Source: Camelus dromedarius
Lineage: Eukaryota
Assembly: GCF_036321535.1 (NCBI RefSeq)
Contig: NC_087436.1
Coordinates: 104,968,001-105,032,000, forward strand
Direction of reading: 5' to 3'
DNA: 64,000 nucleotides
Below the pieces are notes generated by a model that saw nothing but the letters and a program-made list of their open reading frames with translations, had not been told where the DNA came from and made no database searches. Every line of letters starts with the position of its first letter. The stretch's first letter is position 1. A program made the position numbers and the translations under genes. This document shows positions 1-12,965 of the stretch, in pieces.

Positions 1-1889
1 ATTTTTTAATTTTTATTTTGTTGCTTTTGCTTATCTTTTTATGATTGTAAAATTTATGCTTATGCTTAATGAAAAGTTTAAGATAGTATAATAAAAAAGT
101 TACCTATTATCTATGCATTTTTTATTTAATAAAGATTATACTGTGTATAAAATTTTGATTCCTTCTTTTTCCATATTTCTTCCTTGGTTTCTAATGGCAT
201 TGTTGCTATTGTGAGTGATATTTCTTTGCACTTTCTTTAGAAGTGGCTAAAACTTTTGGAATCATGGTAAATAGTTGTGGTGGTAATAACTGTGGAGACT
301 TTGTCTTCTTCCTGATTTTAATGGGAATGATTTTGGTGTTTTAAGCATGATGTTAATTCTTATTTATAGCTGTTAGATGTTGGCTATTGAGAGAGATGTT
401 CTATATCATGAAAAGAAATCATGTTTTTTAAATTGAAGTTTACTTTTTAAAATCAATCAGAAATAGATACTGGAGTTTATTAAATTTTTTCAAAATTATC
501 TGCCAAGAGAACAGATATTGATGTGAGCTTTAGAAGTTTTATATTAAATCTTTCTTACATTCCTGACCTAACGTCATTTGGTGTTTTATATATATAAAAA
601 TTACGAATTCTGGGTGCGACTTGATGCTGATATATTTAAAAATCCTTACGAAGGATGTGAGCCACACGTGAAATGTAAATCACCAAACTTGACTCAAGAA
701 ATAGGTAACCTCAACAAAGCAGTAACCATGAAAGAAAAGCTGATTGCCTCCACAAAAATGCTGGGCTGAGTACTTAGAACATTCTTTTTAAAAAGACCTT
801 TGAAGAATAAGTAATCCCCATGATAAAGAAATTATTCTAGGACAAGGAAGAGCAGAAACTTTAGACTGTGTCACAATTCCATTTTTAAAGCTAATTCAGG
901 CACAAAGTTTTTTTTTTTTTAAAGGGATAGATGATGTTTACTTACATAAAGAGAGACAAAAATTTTAAACAAAACTCCAGTACATAAACCTAAGCATGAT
1001 TGATTGCTAGATCTGTCAAATAGAGGTATACCAAAATGTGCAACAACTTTTAAGCGATTATTGATAAATTACTTTGACTTCTCTGATCCTGGCTCCTGAA
1101 ATGCAGAAAATGAAAAACAGAGATTTTAATGCTTTGTTGTTCATAAGGAAGTTGGCAGTAAGCTGCAGTAGGTAAAGTGCATAGTACCTGGTACCTGGGA
1201 AATATTTGATAAATATGGGCTACTTTTATGCATCTAATAGTGGGTATTTGAGTTTTTCACTTTCTTTTTTACTATAAGTTCTTTTTAAAATAGATCTTAA
1301 GTGAAATTTTATCTATTTTATTATTGTTTATTAAAATCTGAGACTGTTTACTTATCCCTTCCATTTTCTGATTTAATTTTTTTTTTCTATTTTATCTTTG
1401 TACTTCCTTTCTCTGGACTTCCTCCAGGCTACTTTGCTTTCTAGCTTCTTTAGTTTACTGCATCATTCTGTTACTGTCATTCTTGCCTGTTTAATAATGA
1501 AAGCATTTGCCACTTTGAATTTGCTTCTAATTACAGCTTTGTCGGGTCCTACAGGCTTGCTGTGTACTGTGCCCATTCCTGCTATTTTCTAAGTATCTTA
1601 CAGTTACATTTTGGTCTCATCTTTGACAAAAGAATTACTTAGGAGAGAATTCCTATATTTTCATAGGGTTGGCTCTTTCCATTGATCCTATTTTCGTTAT
1701 TAATATTGACTAGGGAGTGCGTTGAATAATTTGTGCTTTGGGGAATGTATCAGCATTTTTTTGTTGGACATATATAATTAATTTCATAATTATCTGTGAG
1801 TAGAAGAGCTTTATGTTTGTAGAAAAAGGGAGTCCAATATTTATCTATTAACTTGATCTTATTGATTGTATCATTCAGACTTTCTGTAT

Positions 1890-2387
1890 CAGTGCTGTCC
1901 ATAGAAATATTCTGTGAGCAACATATGTGACTTAAAGTTTTCTAGTAGCCATGTTAAAAAAAGTTTTAAAAAGGTGAAATTAATTTTAATTATCATATTT
2001 TATTTAGCCCACTATATCAAAAATATTATTATTCCAACATGCAGTCAATATAAAATATATTGAGATAATTTACATGATATTTTTCATAATAGGTCTTTAA
2101 AATCCAATGTGTGTTTTACATTTATAGTGCATCTCAATTCAGATGCTAAATTGTCATCAATTATTGATCTATATTTAGATCCTATAAAACTTACAGTTGA
2201 AAAAGGAGATTCACATAACCAAGTTGTTCTCAACATTCTTTAAAAATTGTTGACACTGAATCATTTCATTTTAAAATTTATATTTAAATTAATTAAAGTT
2301 AAATAAAATTAAAAATTCAATTTCCTGGTTACAGAAGGCAAATGTGCACAACACCTGTGACTCTGTGTGCTGTATTGGACAGTGCAG
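1890..2387. mobile_element. hAT-Charlie non-autonomous DNA transposon (MER3/MER33/Charlie1-like)
   Basis: Terminal inverted repeats cagtgctgtcca ... tggacagtgcag; degenerate 8-bp TSD ttctgtat/ctctatac; internal sequence recognised by eye. Confidence 0.7.
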
Positions 2388-2521
2388 CTCTATACCCTTA
2401 TCTATTTTATTCATTTATGATTGCTAGATCTGTCAAATAGAGGTGTATTAAAATGCACAACTACTTTTAAAAAATTATTGTTAATTTTTATAGATGTGCT
2501 AATGGCATTGGATTTAAAATA

Positions 2522-2680
2522 TTTTTATTGAGACACAATTGACATATTCTAATGTTTATTGTATACTTAGTTTCAGGTGTACAACAAAATGATTTGTTGA
2601 ATGCATATATTGCAAAATGGTCACCACAACAAATCTGGTTAACATCCATCATGCTGTATTTTTTAAAATCATGTTTATCA
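2522..2680 (-). mobile_element. L1 3'-end fragment
   Basis: ttttattgagacacaattgacata...tttcaggtgtacaacaaaatgatt is a typical antisense L1 3' terminus. Confidence 0.6.
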
Positions 2681-3218
2681 TTTAGAAATGCATGTTGAGA
2701 AGGTCCTGAGTCAGTCTCATAGAAATCCATGTTAAAATGTTTATGAATGAAATGACATGATCTTTGAGCTTGGTTTCAAAACAATGTGGGAAGGAAGGAA
2801 GTGGGTTGGGCATAGGTGAAAAACTACTGTTTGAGTTGATAATTGTTGAAGCTTAGTGGAAGGTACATAAGAATTCATTATACTTTTCTGCTTGCTTTTT
2901 TATGTGATTGAAATTTTTCATTATAAAAGAAGAATTAAAAATTTTTTTTGACTAAACATTTTCCATTTATGAATTTTTTCTATCAGATTTTCCCTGTATT
3001 TTGCTTGCTGTATTTTGGTGCTATATTGTTTTCTGTTGTTATTTTTATGATCATAATTGAACAATTAAATAAATATGACTAGCAATATACAATCAGAATG
3101 CAACTGTACTTTTTCTTTCAATGGAAATTCTTTCTTTGCTTCCTCATCAAAACCCACAATTTTTGTAATCCCTGTTAGGTTAAAAAAAGTCTTAGGATCG
3201 CTTAAATCACAAATCCAA

Positions 3219-3535
3219 TGTGGTGGATTAAAGATGGCTTCGACATTCTTCCTATGGAATGGTGAAATCTATTCCTCTCCCCTTGAATTGGGACTAGCCT
3301 TGCTTTGAGCAACAGAATGTGGCAGAACCGATGCTCTACTAACTTCTAAAGCTGGACCTTAAGAGATCTTTTGTGTCTTCTTTCCCACTCTTGGCATATT
3401 TCCCTTTTCGAGCTGGTCACCATACTATGTGAAATCCAAACCACATGGAGAGGCGACATGAGCAAGAACTGCCACTCTGGTTGACAGCACCAGCTTGGCT
3501 CCTAGCCAGCGCTATATGAGTGAGACATTTTGAAC
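3219..3535 (+). mobile_element. MaLR (MLT1-like) LTR fragment
   Basis: Begins tgtggtggattaaagatggc and contains aacagaatgtggcagaa, typical of MLT1 LTRs. Confidence 0.55.
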
Positions 3536-4504
3536 ATCACCTGGCTGGCAGAGTGGACTGCACTTCTTCTCAGACACAGCGTTTTCTCTGCTGCCACCAG
3601 CCACTTCTTCTCAGACCCAGTTGCAGGACCCTCCTACCTCGCTCTTCAGTCGTTCCGCTGAAGCCGCCTCACTAGGCCTGAGGGAGGAAACATGGGGGCT
3701 GCCGGCCAGACAGAAACGTGTGAGGGGGTGGGAACCAGGAGTTAATGGTCACAGCCAACCTTCCCCAGCCTCTGCCCAGGCCACCAACCACTTGGCCTGC
3801 TTCTACCCTCACTTCCTGCTCTATCTCAAAAAGATCTCTGGATAATTTCTTCCCTCTACCACATCTAAATTTTTAATGCCTTCCTCTCCCATTTTTCTTG
3901 GGGAGCAAACATGAGGGTGATAGGAAGATCAAAGAAGGAACAAGATCCCGTCTCTGTTTTTAGACAGAACGGTGAGGGCCAGGGGTATCACCAGGGCCAG
4001 GGATGTAAGCATCCCCTGAGCGAAGCTTCTCCATTGGCTACTCAGGACTGAAACTCCAGGGGGAAGAAAAGGAAGGCCTTCCTCCCTCCACCAGCCAGTC
4101 TCAAGTCTTTTGTCTGTTTCTGAGGTGGCGTGTGGTGAGAAAACATTTCCCCTTTGCCTCAGCCCTGGGCATCTGGGGAGTGACTTGCTACCTCAACTCA
4201 CGATGTGCCTCACACATACTTCACTCAAGGACCAGGGCGCCTGTGAGGACAAGGGAGCTGGCCCTGGGGGTTTGAGATAGGAACTGGTGAGTGTCAGTAC
4301 GTGTTTATCACACCCGGTAAGGCTTGAGTGCCATGCCCTGTATTTCTTACCCCTGGACTCTTCCACCTACTCTCCCTAAACTTCTTCCCCCCAGAACGCC
4401 TTGCACTTCAACTCCGGTGCGTGTAACCTTGGACTACTGAGTGGCAAGGCGCATGGTTCAGTGGACAGAATCTTGGGCTTTGAATTCAAATCCCACCATC
4501 TTTT

Positions 4505-4880
4505 AAAAAAAATGTATTTGAGTGTGAATTGTATTTAATTGAAGTATATCTGATTGGCCTTTATATAATTGAAGTATATATAATTTATTATATAAGTTTC
4601 AGGTGTACAACATAGTGATTCACAATTTTTAAAGATGATACCCCACTTATAGTTATAAAATATTGGCTAGATTCCTTGTACTGAACAATACATCCTTGCA
4701 GCTTATTGATTTTATACATAGTAGTTTGCAGCCTTTCAATCAATACCCTACCCATATTATGACCCTCCCTGCTTCCCTCTCCCCACTGGTAACCACTAAT
4801 TTGTTTTCTATATCTGTGATTGTTTTTTTGTTGTTATAGTCACTAGTTTGTTTTATTTTTTATATTCCACATGTAAGTGT
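4505..4880 (-). mobile_element. L1 3'-end fragment
   Basis: ttgaagtata...tttcaggtgtacaacatagtgattcac...ctggtaaccactaatttgttttctatatctgtga...ttccacatgtaagtg. Confidence 0.7.
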
Positions 4881-7449
4881 GGAATCCATCAGTTGGGACC
4901 ATCAGCTAAGTTCTCTGAATCCGCTTCACTGAGCAGAGATAAGTAACTCTTCAGGCTCCAATGACAATGAACTGATGCACAGAGATACCTCTCTAGGGGC
5001 CTCAGCTGCTGTTAGTTGTAGCTGGTGGCTCTCCAACCCCAACTAGAGTGTTTGAAGGGAACCTAGATCTGCCCTGGAACCTCCACGCAGGCACAGTATG
5101 GGCCTCCCACTGAACTTACTGGTGAGTCTGGGAGAAGAAATAGAACATGCTCAGCTTTAGAACCCACAGGGTCCCATGCTCAGTTTTAGAACCCACAGGG
5201 TCCCATTTGACTGTAACCTCAGGGCAGGTCTGCCCCCATAGGGGACACCTGTGCCATTCACATCTGCCTGTGACCGAGTGAATAAATGGGTTTAATTCAA
5301 GGGTGGCATGTTAGCAAGCTTTTTCCTCCTTTGCAGAGCGGAGAGTCACGTCTTGCAATCAGCTTCCATAGTAAAGACATGGATATTTTCATCTCCATGA
5401 TTCTATCTTCTGTCTTATTTTTCAATTGCTTCCAAGTAACATCTGAAAGAGAGGTTATTTACTGACTTCTACGACTCCACTGAAGACTGTGAAGCTAAAA
5501 TCTCAGCACTAACACTCCATCTATGTAATTCACCTGAGCCAAATGAAGAAGCACAATTTTATATTATGGCAGCATAACTTAGCCCATTTATTCACAGGCT
5601 TATGGTAGCCTGTACCCAAGGAGGATGATTTATTCTAATACAACACATCAATAACATTAAGTTGAAACTAATAATTAAATAACCCACCCCTGGTTTGCTC
5701 TACCACACCAGGAAGGAGATAGGAGAAATTTTTTTCTCTGAAGGAATTAAACCAAAGGAGCCATGATAAGAAGGACAGGTGGTTGAAAATGAGGTGCAGG
5801 AAGAACAGTGGACTTAAGAAAAAGTCTACACTTTGGAAGGGTGGGTTCTGTATCAGTTATATAGTGCTGTGTGACAAACAACCCCAAAACTTAATGCCTT
5901 AAAAACAACCACCATTTTATTTGCTCACAATGTAGGTCAGCAATTTGGGATGGATTTTTTGGGCTGTGAGGACAAAATAAATTCTCATATATGCATGGAC
6001 TCAAAATGTTTACCCTGTTTTGGGTAATCCAAGCACATTAGACAGTAAATAAATAAAACATAAACTCAAGAAAACAGGGTATCCATCCTAGGAGAGTGGC
6101 AAAGCCTATGATAACAGTTGCTTGAAAGGCACACAGAACCACTATTCCATACTGAGTCAAGAAGATAAGAGTTTAAAAAAAAAAAAAGAAAGAAAGAAAA
6201 AGAAGGAAACCAAAAGTTTATCAGACACTTTGGAGCAATAAAGAAAAAATATTTACAGATCTGACAGCATAGATATAAATAACTCCAGAACGAAAATAGT
6301 GTTGGTCTACTATTTAGTTCTATTTAGTTTAATCATAATCATATAATCACAATAATATAAATATTGACTACTGGTTTGGAAAATGGGCATCAGTGGGCAG
6401 ACTGTGTGAAAGCTAAACCTCATCTACTGAAAAACAGGTGAATAGATACATTAAGAAAAAGCCGTTATAATCATATGATGATTATGGAGCAATATTCCGG
6501 AAACACTAAAAGAATCGGAAAGGGTTGCTTCTGGAGGACCAGACAAGACACGTGGAGGGACAGGGCAAAAGACAATGTCGACGGCTGTAAACTCTCTAGG
6601 ACTATTGCACTTTTAAGCTTGATTAAAAAAATACCATAAAAATCCTTGTAAAACAATGCCACTACCACTTCCTTGATTGGGAGCAGAAAGCGAGTCATTC
6701 GTAGAAGACAAGAGTTTGTTTCCTAAATGCTAAGGCATCCTGTCCCTGCCTGCCTCTTAGCCCTGTCCTCTGACTGACCCTAGGTCCAGCTGGAGATGAG
6801 TCAGGTGACACTAGTTCAACTCATCCTAATAAAGAATTCAAAGTCAGTTCTGGCCTCGGTGGCTTTGGTTGATAGCAGCTTTCCTGACTTGACATTTCAC
6901 TTTGGAAATACTCAGGGAAAGAAAAATTCAAACAAGCGTGTATCTTGTACAACTTCCATGCATGTTGGTCCCCTATATTGTGATGCATAACTGTATGCCA
7001 GGCACTTAGAGTAAACCACCCCCTGGCTAAACATTTACGTACATTACCTTGTTTTAATAACCACAGGAAGCCAAGTGTCAAGTCCCATATTCCATATAAG
7101 GAAATTGATATTGAGTAAGGCTAATAGGTTTGCTAGTAAATGACACAGCCAGGAATGGATCCCAACCCTCCAAAATGATCCCAGTCCCCAAGTGAACATC
7201 ATTCTACTGTGCTGACCTAGCCCTCTGTACATGCTTCGGCTGCCGCAGAGAGTCGCTACCAATTTATAGTCCCCTTGCACACATTTCTTAGTTTAAATCA
7301 ACTCTTCTTTAACACTTTGATTGGTATGGGGTGGTGGGCAGGGCCAGCTGCTTGAGCATGCAGTCATATAGGACCCCAATGCCCAGAAGGGCCTCATTCT
7401 TGGCTGAAACGCTGTCAGGGTCCTGCAATTCTTCATAATTTCATCTTTT

Positions 7450-8009
7450 TAAAAAACTGAAGTATAAGGGAAAAGGATTTGGCTCAGTGGTAAAGTGCAT
7501 ACTTCACATGCATTAGGGCCTGGGTTCAATCCCCAGTACCTCCATTAAAAAATAAGTAAAAATAAACCTAATTGCCTACCCCCATCAAAAAAAAATTTGA
7601 AATATAGTCAGTTTACAACGTTATATTAATTTCTGCTGTACAGCATAGTGATTCAGTTATACATCTATATGTTCCTTTTCATATTCTTTTTCATTATAGG
7701 CCATTACAAGGCACTGAATATAGTTCCCTGTGCTCTACAGTAGCATTTTGTTTATTTTATGTATAGTAGCTATTGTCTACAAATCCTGAACTCCCACTTT
7801 ATCTCTCCACCCAACCCTTGCTTCCTCACCGAGTAACCATAGTTTGTTTTCTATGTCTGTGAGTCTGTTTTTATTTTGTAAGTAAGTTCATTTGTGTCAT
7901 TTTCTTAGATTCCATATAGAAGTGATATCCTTTGGTATTTTTCTTTCTTTCTGGCTTGCTCCACTTAGTATGACAATCTCCTGGTCCATCCATGTTGCTG
8001 CAAATGACC
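7450..8009 (-). mobile_element. L1 3'-end fragment inserted in the MER45-like element
   Basis: Antisense L1 3' UTR sequence; 14-bp TSD taatttcatctttt (7436-7449) / taattttatctttt (8010-8023). Confidence 0.75.
7468..7595 (+). mobile_element. tRNA-Ala-derived SINE (vic-1-like)
   Basis: Head ggctcagtggtaaagtgcat...cctgggttcaatccccagtacctcca followed by an AT-rich tail aaataaacctaattgcctaccccc and poly-A. Confidence 0.8.
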
Positions 8010-8917
8010 TAATTTTATCTTTTAACTTCCAGTTTTGTAAGTTAGTTCCAAAGGGACAACAGAGCATGGGTGTGAACAGAGGCAAACGGTCATAGGTGTG
8101 GCCGCGGTTCTTTGCCGCCCCATTCACAGCTGGCATTGGCCAGGCGCCATGAGTACGGAACTCCAGTAGACCCACGATGAGTGAGGGTGCAGCAAGGGCA
8201 AGTGTGTTATGTCTCCAGCTGATTGAGCGGGGCCACTGATCACCCCAAGAAGCCATGCTTTCCGTTCACGCCAGAATTTTCTTCAAATACAACAAAAGAG
8301 ATGACTGAGAAACCCTATCGTATCCTTTGTCACTCGTGTTACTTCCCTGCATTAGCAACCCACTCACGGCTGGAAGTGACACAGAAGATAAGGGCGGCCT
8401 GTGGTTCTTTTCCCTTTCATTGCTTCCTTACTCACCAGCGAGGTAGGGAGCATCTGTAGAGTGTGCACACATCAAGAAACGAAAACAGTTGAGTCAGTTT
8501 TGTGCAGTGTCCCGGCGGTTCTGGTAGGAACGAAATATGTTTATGAGCTACAAAATGTGAGTTGTGTAATTCCGGGAACACTGCATTTCACTTAAAAAGC
8601 TCTTGCTTGCATTTAAAGCTGGCATCACACAATACAAAGAGAACCTTAAAATTCACACTAACGATTTAAATGTAAAATTTTCAACTTAGAACGGCATTAA
8701 ATAGCAATTTTTTTAAAAGATGAGTCGAGAGAGACAGTGGAAGAAAGGAAATCTTGATACCCTTAGGGCCTCTAATGGGCACTTTCCCCACTCTTTGAAT
8801 GAGGGGTCCCACAAATCCTGCAGCTGGAGCTGTTGGTGAGTAGTGACGTTCAGTGAGGGAAAAGCCCTGAAATTTTTAGAAAATAGATCCAGGAGGCCTG
8901 TATTTCCCTGTAACTGA

Positions 8918-8957
8918 AAGCAAACCAATCCTTTTGGATTTGATTATCTTGTTTATT
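8918..8957 (-). terminator. Polyadenylation signal of SLC34A2
   Basis: Minus-strand AATAAA at 8952-8957, upstream TGTA elements near 8986-9003, and a downstream GU/U-rich TTGGTTTGCTTT tract at about 8918-8929. Confidence 0.75.
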
Positions 8958-10810
8958 TCTCAGGTCCCACAACCAGTAAAAAAATACAATCAATGCAGGT
9001 ACAAGGATTCAATTTTTTAAAATCAGAGTATAAAGAGGGCCACAGCCCTGACCAGGCTTAACTTACATATTTACAGGGTGTATGGCATGGGTGTGGCTGG
9101 AGAAGCATATTTAAAAAGCAGAATTACAAAATATACAAAGGTGGTGTTAGTAGAACCCAGCCTTGTCTCCAAATGAGAGCACTTCATAACACAAATCACA
9201 GTACTATTTACTACATAACTTATGAAAAATGCTGTACAGTTGCATGAGTATAAATATATAGTATTAATGGCTCTGGTTGGGAATCGATATCTATACAAGG
9301 AAGATCAGGGGAGGCTCAGTTTGGTACCCCAACCTGTGAAAAGGATGGAGAAGCGAGGGTGGGGAGAGGGGAGAGCAGGGTCTTGGCACACAACTGCACT
9401 GACACCTTTTCCCAGACTCAGCTGAAACTCTCCGGGAGAACTGAGGGTAAGGAGCAATGGAAAGAGGAGGTATAAATACAACGGGGGGCTCTAGAAGGCA
9501 CAGAGAAGGCATCTGGGACAAGGGGCACACTCCTTGGACCCACAGACACACACAGTCCCCACTGCCACCTGATGATTCTGTGGTTCTGTGAGCAGTCTAT
9601 AGTCATGCCCTGATTTCTGCCCTTGATTTTTCCCACGTGAAAAGTTTTGAGCTTTGCAGGCATGGTGAGAGGACAGAAAATCAAAGTTCGTCTATGGGGA
9701 TATGGGAGAATGTTTGAAAAACGGGTTCTGGCTTGGAGGGACAGATGGGTGGGTGTATGGACAGAAGCTGATCACCAAAAGCTGACCCAGTCTGTCATCC
9801 TGCACAGGGAGCGATGCGGCAGAGAGGTGTAGAACTGTTTCATGTTTACGCACCTCCTAGGATTCAAGGTGGCACAGTGGAGGGGACTCGGAGAACCTGC
9901 ATATCTTATTCCAAAAGACTCGGCTGAGATGATTTTTATCTGAACAAGAGAGTAGCACTAGGCTTTAGCCAAAATGTCAGCCAATTTGGCTTCTAAATTA
10001 GCCAGATTAACCATCTCCCCCAGATGTTCACCGCTCCCTTGCTCTCTTCTTCCATCTGCCAGCTCACAGGCAGGACCACTCTCTCTTTAGGAAGACTGAG
10101 CCGCACCTTTCTGAACCCCTCTCTGCAGCTCAGATGTGGCTCCCATCTTGGAAACTCAGAGGGCACAGCAGATAAATGGCTTGGACTGGCCATCCCTGCC
10201 CAGGTGAGAAAACCCTGACAGGGGATTTGGGGAGCGTTGCTCTGCAACATGAAGCGGCAAAGGCTCCTCCAAGTCCCCAAACAGTTACACAGTTTCCCCT
10301 GAACTGGGCTGCTGTGGGGCAAGCACGCCCGGGAGCAGCCGCTCTTGGTTATTAAAGCCTGTCATTGGTCTGAAGCTGTCAGAAGCCTGAGCTGTATCAG
10401 GATAAAGAAAAAGTATCTGTATTTATGGGCCTTTGAGAACCTTCCATAAATTCCTTCCTTGGGGCTTTTCCTTTGGAAGAGGATGGCTTGAGTATGAAAA
10501 AAAAAAAGTCCCAGTGACCAGCCCAGCTGTGTGCAGGGGTGGCTGTAATCATCTCTCTGGCCAGGTTTCCCCAGTGTGTTTCTGCGCCATCCTGGGTATG
10601 GAAGACCCAGGGAGCGGGAGCGCGGGGCTGAGATGGAACTACGTGTAGGCTGATACACTGGGCTAAGGGAATGCGAGTGAGGACGGATGTCATTTCTCGA
10701 TGGGGAACAAATCCCCATGGAGGTGGAGTTGGAGGAAGGCATGCAGAACCAGGAAGGAGGATGAGTGCGTGGGCTGTGGGACCCTTTTCCCGCCTCCAGG
10801 CAGCCCCGCC
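8935..10810 (-). other. SLC34A2: SLC34A2 3'UTR (about 1.9 kb)
   Basis: Sequence between the stop codon and the first minus-strand AATAAA that I found; the end point is estimated. Confidence 0.75.
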
Positions 10811-11422
10811 CTACAAGGCTGTGATGGTGATCTTTGTATCTACCATGGACTTGGGGACCCCGTCCTGGGCCTCTTTGTCCATGGCCATGTTATCAAAAGC
10901 CTGGGGGGACTTAACGGGGACATCCTGCACCTCCTCCAGGTCCTTGCAGCACCCGCTGCAGCGGCAGCAATTGGGGCAGCCACACAGCTGACAGCAGACG
11001 CGGCAGCACACGCCGCAGCAGCAGCAGCAGCGCTGCTGACAGCAGCTGGTGAGCTTGGAGATCACCCTGTCCCAGGGCTTCAGCGAGTGCATCCACAAGG
11101 GCAGGAAGTCCCAGTTCTGGAGCTTCCGGGGCAGGGCACGCGGGCAGCGGGACTGCAGGAGCCTGATGAACAGCACCAGCAAGATCACGAAGATGATGGG
11201 CACCCCCACGCCCACCAGCACTGGCCAGCCAGCCAGTGAGAGGCCAAACACTAACAGCGGGACCAGGAAGAATAAGATGATCAGGTAGACGATGGCAAAC
11301 CAGCGGTACTTAGCGGAGATGCTGCCCAGCCCCTTGGCCAGGCGGATGGGCAGGCGGGTGAACGGGATTGGGTACCACAGCAAGATTCCTGAGATGTTGA
11401 AGAAAAAGTGGCACAGGGCAAT
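10811..11422 (-). CDS. SLC34A2: SLC34A2 exon 13 coding part ([18 protein letters not shown] ... cysteine string ... TKITITAL*)
   Basis: tgtttcag|ATT acceptor; matches ORF 10811..11431; TAG at 10811-10813; 18 Cys in 33 codons (10946-11044); class I PDZ-type end T-A-L. Confidence 0.97.
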   Translation of the reverse strand: MALCHFFFNISGILLWYPIPFTRLPIRLAKGLGSISAKYRWFAIVYLIILFFLVPLLVFGLSLAGWPVLVGVGVPIIFVILLVLFIRLLQSRCPRALPRKLQNWDFLPLWMHSLKPWDRVISKLTSCCQQRCCCCCGVCCRVCCQLCGCPNCCRCSGCCKDLEEVQDVPVKSPQAFDNMAMDKEAQDGVPKSMVDTKITITAL

Positions 11423-12115
11423 CTGAAACACAAAAGGTTGACGGGTGAATGGGTCTGCTGCTCGGGAGTCGGGGCGCAGAGAGGGTCATCTAGTAGCAGA
11501 ATCATAGGTCTTCCTTGCTTTCACAGCTCAGCCCAGAGCAGGAGCTGTGTTACCTACTATGTGTTTGGAGGGCATGAGAGGGACGGCAAGGGAGGTGACC
11601 GGCTGAATCACAGCTCAGTCATCAGGGTCTGAAGTCCTTTAGGCCAAATCCAGCAATGAACTTGCCACCCAGTGCCTTGACCCCACTGCTTCCAGCTGAG
11701 CAGTTAAGAGCTAGTGGGGAAGAAGGAAAGGCTTGCATGATAGCTGGCTTTCTTGGCTCAGTGGCCCTATTCTAGAGAGGGGAGAGAGAAGGGTAAGGAT
11801 GGTCACAGTTAATAACAAATAACAGCAGCAGCAGCTGCTGTGTGTAGAGCGTTTACTCTGTGCGAGGCAAGTATTCCAAGCACTTTATGTGGATTACTTC
11901 AATCGTCAAAAAATATCCTATGAGGTGGCAGCGTTATCCCCATTTGACATAGGAGGAAATTGAGGCACCACGAGGTTAAGCAATTTTCCTAGCATCACAC
12001 AGGTGGGAGGTGATAGATGGGATTCAAAGCCAGGTAGCCTGGCTCCAGAGGCCACACACTTTCACTTGGCTATGTGTGCCCACCAGGTGCCGAGCAACAC
12101 ACTGGGGGCGCTGGA

Positions 12116-12395
12116 CCAGCCCTGTCTTGATACATGAGCCACTGTCCATTCAGGTGTGGCATAAGTGCAAAATACACACTGGATTTCAAAGACTTAGTCC
12201 GAAAAGGAATATAAAATATCATTCTTTTTTAGATCAGTTACATGTTGTAATGATAATGGGTTAAATCAAGTACATTATTTAAATTAATCTCCCTGTTCCT
12301 TTTTACTTTTTAAATATGTGCCCACTAAAAAATTTCAAATTTCATGAGTGGCTCATATATTCTATACTCATTTTATATTTCTATTGACAGCATGG
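12116..12395. mobile_element. MER3/MER33-like hAT-Charlie fragment in intron 12
   Basis: gtgcaaaatacacactggatttcaaagacttag...tatatttctattgacagc; same family as the 1890-2387 element in the opposite orientation. Confidence 0.55.
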
Positions 12396-12965
12396 CTTTA
12401 GACAGTGCCTCATTTATAATAATCCTGAGATGAGGATTATGGTTCCCATTTTTCAGATAAGGGAATTGATGCTCAAAGGTTAGGTCATCTGTTTAAGGTT
12501 GCTTAGTGTGTAAATGGTGGGACAATGATTCAAATGCTAAAGGTCATCTTGCGCAAGGTGACCGAGTTGTTCCAGGCATAGCAGGTTCCCCTGATTCTTC
12601 TCAATGCCAGGCCTAGGACACACATGACCTCCCAACGTCCAGGCAGAGTTCACCAAGAGAAGGGCAAGGAGATGGGAAGTGGTGTCTATGCTTCCTGAAT
12701 ACCTTTGTCACTTCTATCAAAATGGTCACCCCCACCTTTGTTTAAACAACTGCTGGTGATGGAAGTCTGACTACCACTCTAAGAAGTAGATGCCTTTGAC
12801 TTTTGTCTCAAATCTGTCTCCCTGTGACTTCTCCACATCACAGTTTTGGACATAACAGAGAAAAGCACGGCTTGGTTTCTTGGTTAGAAACCATTTGCTT
12901 GCAAGACCACAGATGGGGTTGGATCCCACCCACAGAGCCCCTGCCCCATGCAATTATTTCCTGAC

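Larger units (their letters stand above)
7339..8832. mobile_element. hAT-Tip100 DNA transposon (MER45B/C-like), interrupted by L1 and SINE insertions
   Basis: Ends cagggccagc... and ...ccacaaatcctgcagctggagctg; degenerate 8-bp TSD gtggtggg/ttggtgag; about 930 bp once the inserts are removed. Confidence 0.6.

Noticed and set aside
3561..3616. 15-bp direct repeat cacttcttctcagac (a similar 14-bp repeat atgaaatcaacaag lies at 33158-33193)
   Set aside because: Only two copies with a short spacer; most likely slippage events. There is no array structure, so nothing CRISPR-like, and no identifiable insert.
10700..11239. 179-aa plus-strand ORF with Ala-rich runs, antisense to exon 13
   Set aside because: It is the reverse complement of GC-rich coding sequence; the poly-Ala mirrors the TGC cysteine codons. 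There is no independent promoter or splice evidence for an antisense gene.
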